From NCBI GenBank assembly GCA_964016885.1, contig OZ024741.1:131130001-131194000 (forward strand): DNA of 64,000 bases. Direction: 5' to 3'. The notes beneath the pieces are model-generated. The model was not told the origin of the DNA. It worked only from the letters and a program-made list of their open reading frames with translations, and made no database searches. Positions 33,801 through 51,081 of this stretch are shown piece by piece. A program made the translations under genes and the position numbers. Source of the stretch: Eledone cirrhosa. Its lineage: Eukaryota. Positions within the stretch are counted from its first letter, which is position 1; each line of letters begins with the position of its first letter.

Positions 33801-36800
33801 CAACACCATCATCATCACTACTGCCAACATCATCACTACTACCAAAAACCTTCGCTACTACCAACACCATCATTACTACCATCACCATCACTACTACCAA
33901 CACCATCACTACTACCAACACCATCACCATCACTACTACCAACATCATCACTACTACCATCACCTTCACTACTACCAACACCATAACTACTACCAACACC
34001 ATCTCTACTACCAACATCATCACTACTACCATCACCATCACTACTACCAGCACCATCACTACTACCATCACCATCACTACTACCAACACCATCACTACTA
34101 CCAACACCATCACTACTACCAACACCATCACTACTACCATCACCATCACTACTACCATAACCATCACTACTACCATCACCATCACTACTACCAACACCAT
34201 CACTACTACCATCACCATCACTACTACCAACACCATCACTACTACCAACACCATCAGCACTACCAACACTATCACTACTACCAACACCATCAGCACTACC
34301 AACACCATCACTACTACCATCACCATCACTACTACCAACACCATCACTACTACCATCACCATCACTACTACCAACACCATCACTACTACCATCACAATCA
34401 CTACTACCAACACCATCACTACTACCAACACCATCACTACTACCATCACCATCACCATCACAATTACCAACACCACCACTACTACCAACACCATCACCAT
34501 CACTATTACCAAGACCATCACAACTACCATCACAATCACTACTACCAACACCATCACTACTACCAACACCATCACCACTACCATCACCATCACTACTACC
34601 AACACCATCACCATCACTACTATCAACACCATCACTACTACCAACACCATCACCACTACCAACACCATCCCCGTCACTACTACCAACACCATCACTACTA
34701 CCATCACCATCACTACAACCAACACCATCACTACTACCATCACCATCACTACTACCATCACCATCACTACTACCATCACCATCACTACAACCAACACCAT
34801 CACTAGAACCATCACCATCACTACAACCAACACCATCACCATCACTACTATCAACACCATCACTACTACCAACACCATCACCATCACTACTACCAACACC
34901 ATCACTACTACCATCACCATCACTACTACCATCACCATCACTACAACCAACACCATCACTACTAACAACACCATCAGTAGAACCATCACCATCACTACAA
35001 CCAACACCATCACCATCACTACTACCAACACCATCACTACTACCAACACCATCACCATCACTACTATCAACACCATCACTACTACCAACACCATCACCAT
35101 CACTACTACCAACACCATCACTACTAACAACACCATCACTACTACCATCACCATCACTACAACCAACACCATCACTAGTACCAACACCATCACTACTACC
35201 AACACCATCACTACTACCAACACCATCACCATCACTACTACCAACAACATCACTACTACCATCACCATCACTACTACCATCACCATCAATACTACCATCA
35301 CCATCACTACTACCAACACCATCACTACAACCAACACCATCACCATCACTACTACCAACAACATCACTACTACCATCACCATCACTACTACCATCACCAT
35401 CACTACTACCATCACCATCACTACTACCAACACCATCACTACAACCAACACCATCACCATCACTACTATCAACACCATCACTACTACCAACACCATCACT
35501 ATCACTACTACCATCACAATCACTACTACTATCACCATCACCACTCCATCACCATCACTACTACCAACACCATCACTACTACCAACACCATCACTACTAC
35601 CAACACCATCACTACTACCAACACCATCACCATCACTACTACCAACAACATCACTACTACCATCACCATCACGACTACCATCACCATCACTACTACCATC
35701 ACCATCACTACTACCAACACCATCACTACTACCAACACCATCACCATCACTACTACCAACAACATCACTACTACCATCACCATCACGACTACCATCACCA
35801 TCACGACTACCATCACCATCACTACTACCATCACCATCACTACTATCAACACCATCACTACTACCAACACCATCACCATCACTACTACCAACACCATCAC
35901 TACTACCATCACCATCACTACTACAATCACCATCACTACTACTAACACCATCACCACTACCAACACCATCACCATCACTACTACCATCACCATCACTACT
36001 ACCAACACCATCACCATCACTACTACCTACACCATCGCGACTACCATCACAATCACTACTACCAACACCATCTCCACTACCATCACCATCACTACTATCA
36101 TCACCATCAATACTACAAACACCATCACTACTACCATCACCATCACTACTACCAACACCATCACTACTACCATCACCATCACTACTACCATCACCATCAC
36201 TACTACCATCACCATCACTACTACCAACACCATCACTACTACCATCACCATCACTACTACCATCACCATCACTACTACCAACACCATCACTACTACCATC
36301 ACCATCACTACTACCATCACCATCACTACTACCATCACCATCACCATCACTACTACCATCACCATCACAACTACCAACACCATCATTACTACCAACACCA
36401 TCACCATCACTACTACCGTCACCATCACTACTACCAACACCATCACAACTACCAACACCATCCCCGTCACTACTACCAGCACCATCACCATCACTACTAC
36501 ATACACCATCACTACTACCATCACAATCACTACTACCAACACCATCACCACTACCATCACCATCACTACTACCAACACCATCACCATCACTACTACATAC
36601 ACCATCACTACTACCATCACAATCACTACTACCAACACCATCACCACTACCATCACTATCACTACTACCAACACCGTCACCAACACTACTACCTACACCA
36701 TCACTACTACCATCACAATCACTACTACCAACACCATCTCCACTACCATCACCATCACTACTATCATCACCATCAATACTACAAACACCATCACTACTAC

Positions 36801-39800
36801 CATCACCATCACTACTACCAACACCATCAGTACTACTATCACCATCACTACTACCATCACCATCACTACTACCATCACCATCACTACTACCATCACCATC
36901 ACTACTACCATCACCATCACCATCACTACTACCATCACCATCACTACCACCATCACCATCACTACTACCATCACTACAACCATCACCATCAGTACTACCA
37001 ACACCATCACTAATACCATCACCATCACTACTACCATCACCATCACTACCACCATCACCATCACTACTACCATCACCATCACTACTACCATCACCATCAC
37101 TACAACCAACACCATCACTACTACCAACACCATCACTAGAACCATCACCATCACTACAACCAACACCATCACCATCACTACTACCAACACCATCACTACT
37201 ACCAACACCATCACCATCACTACTACCAACACCATCACTACTACCATCACCATCACTACTACCATCACCATCACTACAACCAACACCATCACTACTAACA
37301 ACACCATCAGTAGAACCATCACCATCACTACAACCAACACCATCACCATCACTACTACCAACACCATCACTACTACCAACACCATCACCATCACTACTAT
37401 CAACACCATCACTACAACCAACACCATCACCATCACTACTACCATCACCATCACTACTAACAACACCATCACTACTACCATCACCATCACTACAACCAAC
37501 ACCATCACTAGTACCAACACCATCACTACTACCAACACCATCACCATCACTACTACCAACAACATCACTACTACCATCACCATCACTACTACCATCACCA
37601 TCACTACTACCATCACCATCACTACTACCAACACCATCACTACAACCAACACCATCACCATCACTACTATCAACACTATCACTACTACCAACACCATCAC
37701 CATCACTACTACCAACACCATCACTACTACCATCACCATCACTACTACACTCACCATCACTACTACTAACACCATCACCACTACCAACACCATCACCATC
37801 ACTACTACCATCACAATCACTACTACTATCACCATCACCACTCCATCACCATCACTACTACCAACACCATCACTACTACCAACACCATCACTACTACCAA
37901 CACCATCACTACTACCAACACCATCACCGTCACTACTACCAACAACATCACTACAACCAACACCATCACCATCACTACTACCAACACCATCACTACTACC
38001 AACACCATCACCATCACTACTACCAACACCATCACTACTACCATCACCATCACTACTACCATCACCATCACTACAACCAACACCATCACTACTAACAACA
38101 CCATCAGTAGAACCATCACCATCACTACAACCAACACCATCACCATCACTACTACCAACACCATCACTACTACCAACACCATCACCATCACTACTATCAA
38201 CACCATCACTACTACCAACACCATCACCATCACTACTACCAACACCATCACTACTAACAACACCATCACTACTACCATCACCATCACTACAACCAACACC
38301 ATCACTAGTACCAACACCATCACTGCTACCAACACCATCACTACTACCAACACCATCACCATCACTACTACCAACAACATCACTACTACCATCACCATCA
38401 CTACTACCATCACCATCACTACTACCATCACCATCACTACTACCAACACCATCACTACAACCAACACCATCACCATCACTACTATCAACACTATCACTAC
38501 TACCAACACCATCACCATCACTACTACCAACACCATCACTACTACCATCACCATCACTACTACAATCACCATCACTACTACTAACACCATCACCACTACC
38601 AACACCATCACCATCACTACTACCATCACAATCACTACTACTATCACCATCACCACTCTATCACCATCACTATTACCAACACCATCACTACTACCAACAC
38701 CATCACTACTACCAACACCATCACTACTACCAACACCATCACCATCACTACTACCAACAACATCACTACTACCATCACCATCACTACTACCATCACCATC
38801 ACTACTACCAGCACCATCACTACTACCAACACCATCACCATCACTACTACCAACACCATCACTACAACCAACACCATCACCATCACTACTATCAACACCA
38901 TCACTACTACCAACACCATCACCATCACTACTACCAACACCATCACTACTACCATCACCATCACTACTACAATCACCATCACTACTATTAACACCATCAC
39001 CACTACCAACACCATCACCATCACTACTACCATCACCATCACTACTACCAACACCATCACCATCACTACTACCTACACCATCGCGACTACCATCACAATC
39101 ACTACTACCAACACCATCTCCACTACCATCACCATCACTACTATCATCACCATCAATACTACAAACACCATCACTACTACCATCACCATCACTACTACCA
39201 ACACCATCACTACTACCATCACCATCACTACTACCATCACCATCACTACTACCATCACCATCACTACTACCAACACCATCACTACTACCATCACCATCAC
39301 TACTACCATCACCATCACTACTACCATCACCATCACTACTACCATCACCATCACCATCACTACTACCATCACCATCACAACTACCAACACCATCATTACT
39401 ACCAACACCATCACCATCACTACTACCGTCACCATCACTACTACCAACACCATCACAACTACCAACACCATCACTACTACCAACACCATCACCATCACCA
39501 CTACCAACACCATCACCACAACCATTACCATCACTACTACCAACACTATCACTACTACCTACACCATCACTACTACCAACACCATAACCATCACTACTAC
39601 CAACACCATCACTACTACCAACACCGTCACTACTAACAACACCATCACTACTATCAACACCATCATCACTACCATCACCATCACCATCACTACTACCAAC
39701 ACCATCACTACTACCATCACCATCACTACTACCATCACCATCACTACTACCATCACCATCACTACAACAAATACCATCACTACTACCAACACCATCACTA

Positions 39801-42800
39801 CTACCAACACCATCACCATCACTACTACCATCACCATCACTACCACCATCACCATCACTACTACCATCACCGTCACTACAATCATCACCATCACTACTAC
39901 CAACACCATCACTACTACCAACACCATCACTACTACCATCACCATCACTACTACCATCCCCATCAGTACTACCATCACCATCACTACTACCAACGCCATC
40001 ACCATCACTACTACCATCACCATCACTACTACTAACACCATCACCACTACCAACACCATCACCATCACTACTACCATCACAATCACTACTACTATCACCA
40101 TCACCACTACCATCACCATCACTACAACCAACACCATCACCATCATTACTACTAACACCATCACTACTACCATCACAATCACTACTACCAACACCATCAC
40201 CACTACCATCACCATCACTACTACCAATACCATCAGCATCAATACTACCAACACCATCACTACTACCAACACCATCACTACTACCATCACCATCACTACT
40301 ACCAACACCATCACCATCACTACTACCAACACCATCACTACTACCATCACAATCACTACTACCAACACCATCACCATCACTACTATCATCACCATCAATA
40401 CTACAAACACCATGACTACTACCATCACCATCACTACTACCAACACCATCACTACTACCAACACCATCACCATCACTACTACCAACATCATCACTACTAC
40501 CATCACCATCACTACTACCATCACCATCACTACTACCAACACCATCGCTACTACCATCACCATCACTACTACCAACACCATCACTACGACCATCACCATC
40601 ACCATCACCACTACCATCACCAACACTACTACCAACACCATAACCATCACTACTCCCAACACCATCACTACTACCATCACCATCACTACTACCATCACCA
40701 TCACTACAACAAACACCATCACTACTACCAACACCATCACTACTACCAACACCATCACCATCACTACTACCATCACCATCACTACCACCATCACCATCAC
40801 TACAACCATCACCATCACTACTACCAACACCATCACTACTACCATCACCATCACTACAACCAACACCATCAGTACTACCAACACAATCACTACTACCATC
40901 ACCATCACTACTACCATCACCATCACTACAACCAACACCATCACTTCTACCATCACCATCACTACAACCACACCATCAACATCACTACTATCAACACCAT
41001 CACTGCTACCATCACCATCACCATCACTACTACCAACACAATCACTACTACCATCACCATTACTACTACCAACACCATCACGACTACCATCACCATCACT
41101 ACAACCAACACCATCACCATCACTACTACCAACACCATCACTACTACCAACACCATCACCATCACTACTACCATCACCATCACCACTACCAACACCAACA
41201 CCATCATTACTACCATCACAATCACTACTACCAACAACATCACCACTACCATCACCATCACTACTACCAACACCATCACCATCAATACTACCAACACCAT
41301 CACTACTACCAACACCATCACTACTACCATCACCATCACTACTACCAACACCATCACCATCACTACTACCTACACCATCGCGACTACCATCACAATCACT
41401 ACTACCAACACCATCTCCACTACCATCACCATCACTACTATCATCACCATCAATACTACAAACACCATCACTACTACCATCACCATCACTACTACCAACA
41501 CCATCACTACTACCATCACCATCACTACTACCATCACCATCACTACTACCATCACCATCACTACTACCAACACCATCACTACTACCATCACCATCACTAC
41601 TACCATCACCATCACTACTACCAACACCATCACCATCACTACTACCTACACCATCGCGACTACCATCACAATCACTACTACCAACACCATCTCCACTACC
41701 ATCACCATCACTACTATCATCACCATCAATACTACAAACACCATCACTACTACCATCACCATCACTACTACCAACACCATCACTACTACCATCACCATCA
41801 CCACTACCATCACCATCACTACTACCATCACCATCACTACTACCAACACCATCACTACTACCATCACCATCACTACTACCATCACCATCACTACTACCAT
41901 CACCATCACTACTACCATCACCATCACCATCACTACTACCATCACCATCACAACTACCAACACCATCATTACTACCAACACCATCACCATCACTACTACC
42001 GTCACCATCACTACTACCAACACCATCACAACTACCAACACCATCACTACTACCAACACCATCACCATCACCACTACCAACACCATCACCACAACCATTA
42101 CCATCACTACTACCAACACTATCACTACTACCTACACCATCACTACTACCAACACCATAACCATCACTACTACCAACACCATCACTACTACCAACACCGT
42201 CACTACTACCAACACCATCACTACTATCAACACCATCATCACTACCATCACCATCACCATCACTACTACCAACACCATCACTACTACCATCACCATCACT
42301 ACTACCATCACCATCACTACTACCATCACCATCACTACAACAAATACCATCACTACTACCAACACCATCACTACTACCAACACCATCACCATCACTACTA
42401 CCATCACCATCACTACCACCATCACCATCACTACTACCATCACCGTCACTACAATCATCACCATCACTACTACCAACACCATCACTACTACCAACACCAT
42501 CACTACTACCATCACCATCACTACTACCATCACCATCAGTACTACCATCACCATCACTACTACCAACGCCATCACCATCACTACTACCATCACCATCACT
42601 ACTACTAACACCATCACCACTACCAACACCATCACCATCACTACTACCATCACAATCACTACTACTATCACCATCACCACTACCATCACCATCACTACAA
42701 CCAACACCATCACCATCATTACTACTAACACCATCACTACTACCATCACAATCACTACTACCAACACCATCACCACTACCATCACCATCACTACTACCAA

Positions 42801-45540
42801 AACCATCAGCATCAATACTACCAACACCATCACTACTACCAACACCATCACTACTACCATCACCATCACTACTACCAACACCATCACCATCACTACTACC
42901 AACACCATCACTACTACCAACACCATCACCATCACTACTACCAACATCATCACTACTACCATCACCATCACTACTACCATCACCATCACTACTACCAACA
43001 CCATCGCTACTACCATCACCATCACTACTACCAACACCATCACTACGACCATCACCATCACCATCACCACTACCATCACCAACACTACTACCAACACCAT
43101 AACCATCACTACTCCCAACACCATCACTACTACCATCACCATCACTACTACCATCACCATCACTACAACAAACACCATCACTACTACCAACACCATCACT
43201 ACTACCAACACCATCACCATCACTACTACCATCACCATCACTACCACCATCACCATCACTACAACCATCACCATCACTACTACCAACACCATCACTACTA
43301 CCATCACCATCACTACAACCATCACCATCACTACTACCAACGCCATCACCATCACTACTACCATCACCATCACTACTACCATCACCATCACTACAACCAA
43401 CACCATCACTTCTACCATCACCATCACTACAACCAACACCATCACCATCACTACTATCAACACCATCACTGCTACCATCACCATCACCATCACTACTACC
43501 AACACAATCACTACTACCATCACCATCACTACTACCAACACCATCACGACTACCATCACCATCACTACAACCAACACCATCACCATCACTACTACCAACA
43601 CCATCACTACTACCAACACCATCACCATCACTACTACCATCACCATCACCACTACCAACACCAACACCATCATTACTACCATCACAATCACTACTACCAA
43701 CACCATCACCACTACCATCACCATCACTACTACCAACACCATCACCATCAATACTACCAACACCATCACTACTACCAACACCATCACTACTACCAACACC
43801 ATCACCATCACTACTACCAACACCATCACTACTACCATCACAATCACTACTACCAACACCATCACCATCACTACTATCATCACCATCAATACTACAAACA
43901 CCATCACTACTACCATCACCATCACTACTACCAACACCATCACTACTACCAACACCATCACTACTACCATCACCATCACTACTACCATCACCATCACTAC
44001 TACCATCGCCATCACTATCACTACTACCAACACCGTCACTACTACCATCACCATCACTACTATCATCACCATCACTACTACCATCACCATCACTACTACC
44101 AACACCATCACCATCACTACTACCAACATCATCACTACTACCATCACCATCACTACTACCATCAACATCACTACTACCAACACCATCACCATCACTACTA
44201 CCATCACCATCACTACTACCATCACCATCACTACTACCGACACCATCACTACTACCATCACCATCACTACTACCAACACCATCACTACTACCAACACCAT
44301 CACCATCACTACTACCATCACCATCAGCACTACCATCAACATCACTACTACCAACACCATCACTACTACCAACACCATCACCACTACCAACACCATTACC
44401 ATCACTACTACCATCACCATCACTACTACCATCACCATCACTACTACCAACACCATCACTACTACCATCACCATCACTACTACCAACACCATCTCTACCC
44501 ACCATCACCATCACCATCACCACTACCATCACCAACACTACTACCAACACCATCACCATCAGCACTACCATCAACATCACTACTACCAACACCATCACTA
44601 CTACCATCACCATCACTACTACCAACACCATCACTACTACCATCACCATCACTACTACCAACACCATCACTACTACCAACAACATCACCATCACTACTAC
44701 CATCAACATCACCACTACCATCACCATCACTACTACCATCATCATCACTACCACCATCACCATCACTACTACCATCACCATCACTACAACCATCACCATC
44801 ACTACTACCAACACCATCACTACTACCATCACCATCACTACAACCAACACCATCACTACTACCAAAACAATCACTACTACCATCACCATCACTACTACCA
44901 TCACCATCACTACTACCATCACCATCACTACAACCAACACCATCACTTCTACCATCACCATCACTACAACCAACACCATCACCATCACTACTATCAACAC
45001 CATCACCATCACTACTACCAATACCATCACGACTACCATCACCATCACTACAACCAACACCATCACCATCACTACTACCAACACCATCACTACTACCAAC
45101 ACCATCACTACTACCAACACCATCACCATCACTACTACCATCACCATCACTACTTCCAACACCATCACCACTACCAACACCATCACCATCACTACTACCA
45201 TCACCATCACTACTACTATCACCATCACCACTACCATCACCATCACTACAACCAACACCATCACCATCACTACTACCAACACCATCACTACTACCATCAC
45301 AATCACTACTACCAACACCATCACCACTACCATCACCATCACTAGTACCAACACCATCACCATCAATACTACCAACACCATCACTACTACCAACACCATC
45401 ACCATCACTACTACCAACACCATCACTACTACCATCACCATCACTACTACCAACACCATCACTACTACCATCACCATCACTACTACCAACACCATCACTA
45501 CTACCAACACCATCACCATCACCATTACCAACATCATCAC
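9813..45540. repeat. Giant (~35.7 kb) complex tandem array of ACC/ATC/ACT/AAC triplets; 18- and 24-bp units (consensus ACTACTACCAACACCATCACCATC) with higher-order duplications
   Basis: Read directly; + strand almost G-free; A at nearly every third base; explains all long low-complexity ORFs in the track. Confidence 0.97.
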
Positions 45541-46036
45541 CAACAACACCAATATCATAACCAACATCACCAAAGTTCACGCCCTGATCATGACAAATAT
45601 CGCCATGTTCACCACCACCACCACCACCACCACTACTACCACAACCACCATCACTACTAATACCTCCAACGCCGACACCATCAACCCCACCAGCCGTACC
45701 TTCACCTTCATCACCATTATTACTACCACAACCACCAACGCTACTAATATCTCCAGTTTCGCCATCACCAAAACCATCACCACCACCACCACTACCATCA
45801 CCTTCACCACCACCACTACTACCACAACCACCATCACTACTAGTACCACCAACGCCACGCCAGCCTACCACCACCACACCAGCAGTACCATCACCTCCAC
45901 CTCCACTATCACTACTACCACAACTACCATCACTACTAATACCTCCACCGCCGCCTACCACCAACACCACCACCCCTACAAGCCCCACTACACCACCACA
46001 ACTACCAGCCACTTGCCCTCCGCTACTAACGTCAAT
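45541..46036. repeat. Diverged, more complex right-hand tail of the array with ~90-bp internal repeats
   Basis: ACCACAAC(C/T)ACCA(T/A)C(A/G)CTACTA recurs near 45637, 45724, 45821 and 45916; stays in the array's triplet register. Confidence 0.75.
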
Positions 46037-46138
46037 TGACGTGTTTGTGTGAATGTTGCAATATGTTGAGTTGATATGTGTGAGTGTTTGTATATATGAA
46101 TGACTGTATGTGTATGTTTGTGTGCATATACATACATA

Positions 46139-46204
<66 letters not shown>

Positions 46205-46295
46205 GGAACGAGTAGGACCCCGACGGCTGAGCTCAAGCCGTTTCGACGGCTAATTCTGGACTCATATATTCTCTCTCTTTCTTTCTTTGTCTCTC

Positions 46296-47654
<1,359 letters not shown>

Positions 47655-47776
47655 GTATATATATATATGTATATATATACATATATATACATACATATAT
47701 ATACATACTCACACCCACACACATATATATATATATATACAATAAGAAACACACGCACCAGTCAAATTCAGCAACG

Positions 47777-47828
<52 letters not shown>

Positions 47829-47831
47829 ATG

Positions 47832-47869
<38 letters not shown>

Positions 47870-47944
47870 AATGTGTTAAATTTTTGTGTATAAGAGAGTA
47901 TTTGTGTTTTTAAATATGGGTTAGCGGGGAGTGTTTAAATATAA

Positions 47945-48969
47945 ACTGATGAGTTCTTCACTAAAAGGAGACCCAGAATGAATAAAATCCTCCAAACACA
48001 CAACATCATAAAGAGCAAAAGACAACCTAAATCCATAAAAAACATCCTCACACAATCCAAAATCCAACCAACCCTCACAATGAAACCCACAGTAAAAAAA
48101 AAAATCGGAAGGCCCAACTGTGGTATATGCATAAATCTAATAGAAGGTTCAACATTCCATTTTAAACAAGGACAACATTTCACAGTTAAACACAACTTTA
48201 CATGTGCATCTGAAAACCTCATCTATGTTTTGACCTGCTCAGGTTGTCAAGAGCACTACATTGGACAGACAAAAAACAGCCTCCGACAACGTATGACCGT
48301 CCATAGATCACAAATCAAAATACAGGAATACAGAAAGATTGCTTTTAGTGAACATATCGTCAATTGTACACCTAACCAACTACCAAACTTTAGAATTTCC
48401 CCATTTACAAATTAATAGACAACGCTTCTTTCATCCATCGTACTAATAAAGAAACGGACTTCATTAACAAATTCCAACCTCTACTTAATGGACTAAACTT
48501 TGGACTAAACTAAAACTGGAACGAACAATGAACCATAGTCCAAAATCCCTACGTTCTCTATAGAGTTACCTCCCTGACACCCTACCTAATCCTTTTTCTT
48601 AAATAAATGAATTACCTCTCCTCTCTTTCTCCTACCCGACCACCCTGAATTACCTCCCCTGCATATTAATTCTCTAAAAAGGGAAAACACATCCAATCCC
48701 AGACGGACATTTGCCTCCATCAAGGATCAACTTCTTTAAGCGATCTTGCCATAATAACATTTTTTTAACTACTTATCCTCAAAAAACAATGCTTGTAAAT
48801 AATAAATAAATGAATAAATGAATGGTATTGTTAATTAATAAATAAATTAACTAATACATTAACACTTCATACAAAGTAAAATATTTTATTTTAAACATTT
48901 TTTAACCCAGAAAAAAGAGAAAAAAATAAGGAAAAAGTATACTTTTCATCCTAATAATCGTTTTTTTCT

Positions 48970-48972
<3 letters not shown>
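47945..48972 (+). mobile_element. 5'-truncated Penelope-like element (family B, Neptune-like) GIY-YIG fragment, frameshifted near 48400, plus 3' region
   Basis: SKRQPKSIKNIL...NFTCASENLIYVLTCSGCQEHYIGQTKNSLRQRMTVH; shifted frame continues KETDFINKFQPLLN to a stop ~48513; 3' region homologous to 62240-62905. Confidence 0.88.
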
Positions 48973-49035
<63 letters not shown>

Positions 49036-49037
<2 letters not shown>

Positions 49038-50443
49038 TAGCGAAGTTTTTTATATGAAATCGTGTGTCGAAACAGATATTGTTATATTTGGGGAGGGTCA
49101 TATTTGCGTAATATTGCCAGAATTAATAACAGAACACACTCACTGTTTGGTTGGTTTTCGCTTCTCGCTGTCTTTTATATCTGCGATCTAACTTACTCGG
49201 TCCTCAATGTTGCCATTGACTGACCGGCGGTCAAAAATAATACAGATACAATATAGACACAAACACATATATATAGTTTACATAATTTACATAAATCTTT
49301 CGTTGCACATCTGCAACATCGTCAGTGGTGTTATATTCATTGTTCCTCCTGTTGTGTTGTATGTCTACGCCATTTTTTATTCAGTCTGTCTATATATTTA
49401 TTTATTTATTTGCTTGTTTGTTTATCTTATTTTATTTTGTCTTCTTTGCGCATGCGTTTGCGTGTGTGTATAGTGTTATGTGTGATGTGTGACTAGTGTG
49501 TATAGTGTTGTGTCTGCTGGGTGACTAGTGTGTGTTTATGTGCTTGTTGTTATTGTGCTTGTGTATGTATTTATTTATCTTATTTTATTTAATTTTATTT
49601 ACTTATGTATACTTCTCTTAGGTCAGTGTTTTTTGTTTGGGTGTTGTTGTTGTTCCACTCATTCTTTCTGTTTAGCTTTGGTCTTCTAATTTCTAATTCA
49701 CTGGCCTCTCTGATTTGCCTATCTGCTGAGTCATTCCTAGTCTATAGCATAAGATGTACAGAGGGTACTTGCAGAAACATGACAACAACATACATAGGTG
49801 AGACAGCTCGTAGCATAGGTGAAAGGATAAACCAACACCGGGGGGAACTAAAAGGACGAAAAAACGGGTCAGTACTATACGAACATGCTAGACAACAACA
49901 TGACGGTAACATAGACAACATAGAAATTAGAATAATATCTAAACATAGGAATGACCCAGCAGATAGGCAAATCAGAGAGGCCAGTGAAATAGAAATTAGA
50001 AGACCAAAGCTAAACAGAAAGAATGAGTGGAACAACAACAACACCCAAACAAACAACACTGACCTAAGAGAAGTATAAATAAGTAAATAAAATAAAATAA
50101 GATAAACAAACAAGCAAATAAATAAATAAATATATAGACAGACTGAATAAAAAATGGCGTAGACATACAACACAACAGGAGGAACAATGAATATAACACC
50201 ACTGACGATGTTGCAGATGTGCAACGAAAGATTTATGTAAATTATGTAAACTATATATATGTGTTTGTGTCTATATTGTATCTGTATTATTTTTCACCGC
50301 CGGTCAGTCAATGGCAACATTGAGGACCGAGTAAGTTAGATCGCAGATATAAAAGACAGCGAGAAGCGAAAACCAACCAAACAGTGAGTGTGTTCTGTTA
50401 TTAACTCTGGCAATATTACGCAAATATGACCCTCCCCAAGTAT

Positions 50444-50449
<6 letters not shown>
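49036..50449. mobile_element. Family A Penelope-like insertion: inverted 3' arm (49036-49738, minus) fused to a direct truncated copy (49741-50449, plus)
   Basis: 49078-49738 is the reverse complement of ~46956-47617; 49741 onward matches from 46750 with a ~155-bp internal deletion; (TA)n on both sides. Confidence 0.9.
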
Positions 50450-50481
<32 letters not shown>

Positions 50482-50526
50482 CAACTCGTGTGCTCCTTCT
50501 CAACATTTTATAATTGATATATATTT

Positions 50527-50639
<113 letters not shown>

Positions 50640-50649
50640 TAGATATCCG

Positions 50650-50950
50650 CATGTTTATTGTATGTGCGTCTTTAGAAATATTTAACACCGTAAAAATGTG
50701 CAGATCTGCATTTATTTTATCTTGTTATGGGTCTTCCTCCTTTGTCTTTTCCTCTCTCCCCTCTCTCTATCTCTCTTTCTCCCTCTACCTTTCTCTTTCT
50801 CTCTCCTTCTCTCTCTCTCTCTCTCTCTCTCCCTCTCCCTCTCTCTCTCTCCCCTCTGGCTGTCTAGTCAACTGCTTTATTGGATGTCTGACAGCATGTG
50901 AAAATGTCTGCGAAAGTACAGTGACTTTCTCCGTTACAAATATTTAGTGA
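50650..50950 (+). repeat. Diverged dispersed repeat; second copy inverted at ~59045-59350
   Basis: TTGGATGTCTG..GACAGC.TGTGA.AATGTCTG...CAGTGAC and AAAAATGT..AG.TCTGCATTT are shared; both ORF translations contain LTACENVC. Confidence 0.6.
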
Positions 50951-51081
50951 TTCATGTTGCCTTAAAGATTCCCTAGTTATATAGAAAATACTTTTTTTGT
51001 ACAGAGCGATTAGTGAAAGGACTCAATAAAATTGAAAAGTGTCAGAATTCAAATAGAAGAAATAAATGCTAGTTGTGCAAG

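Noticed and set aside
9813-45540. Telomeric or telomerase/PLE-RT-synthesised array
   Set aside because: G/T strand bias and irregular unit order are suggestive, but there is no TTAGGG, the array is interstitial, and inherited kb-scale duplications indicate DNA-level amplification.
9813-45540. CRISPR-like repeat-spacer array
   Set aside because: No unique spacers, no cas genes, eukaryotic context.
9579-45573. Giant ORFs (up to 4430 aa) as genes: Val/Met-rich membrane protein, His-rich, Pro/Ser-rich or DSPP-like
   Set aside because: All are frames of one triplet array; composition flips at single-base shifts within one ORF; no signal peptide, domain or splice context.
46203-46263. Minus-strand GAAA-CGGCT..AGCCG-TC hairpin as a hammerhead
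   Set aside because: Only the stem III half is present; no CTGANGA or stem I partner found.
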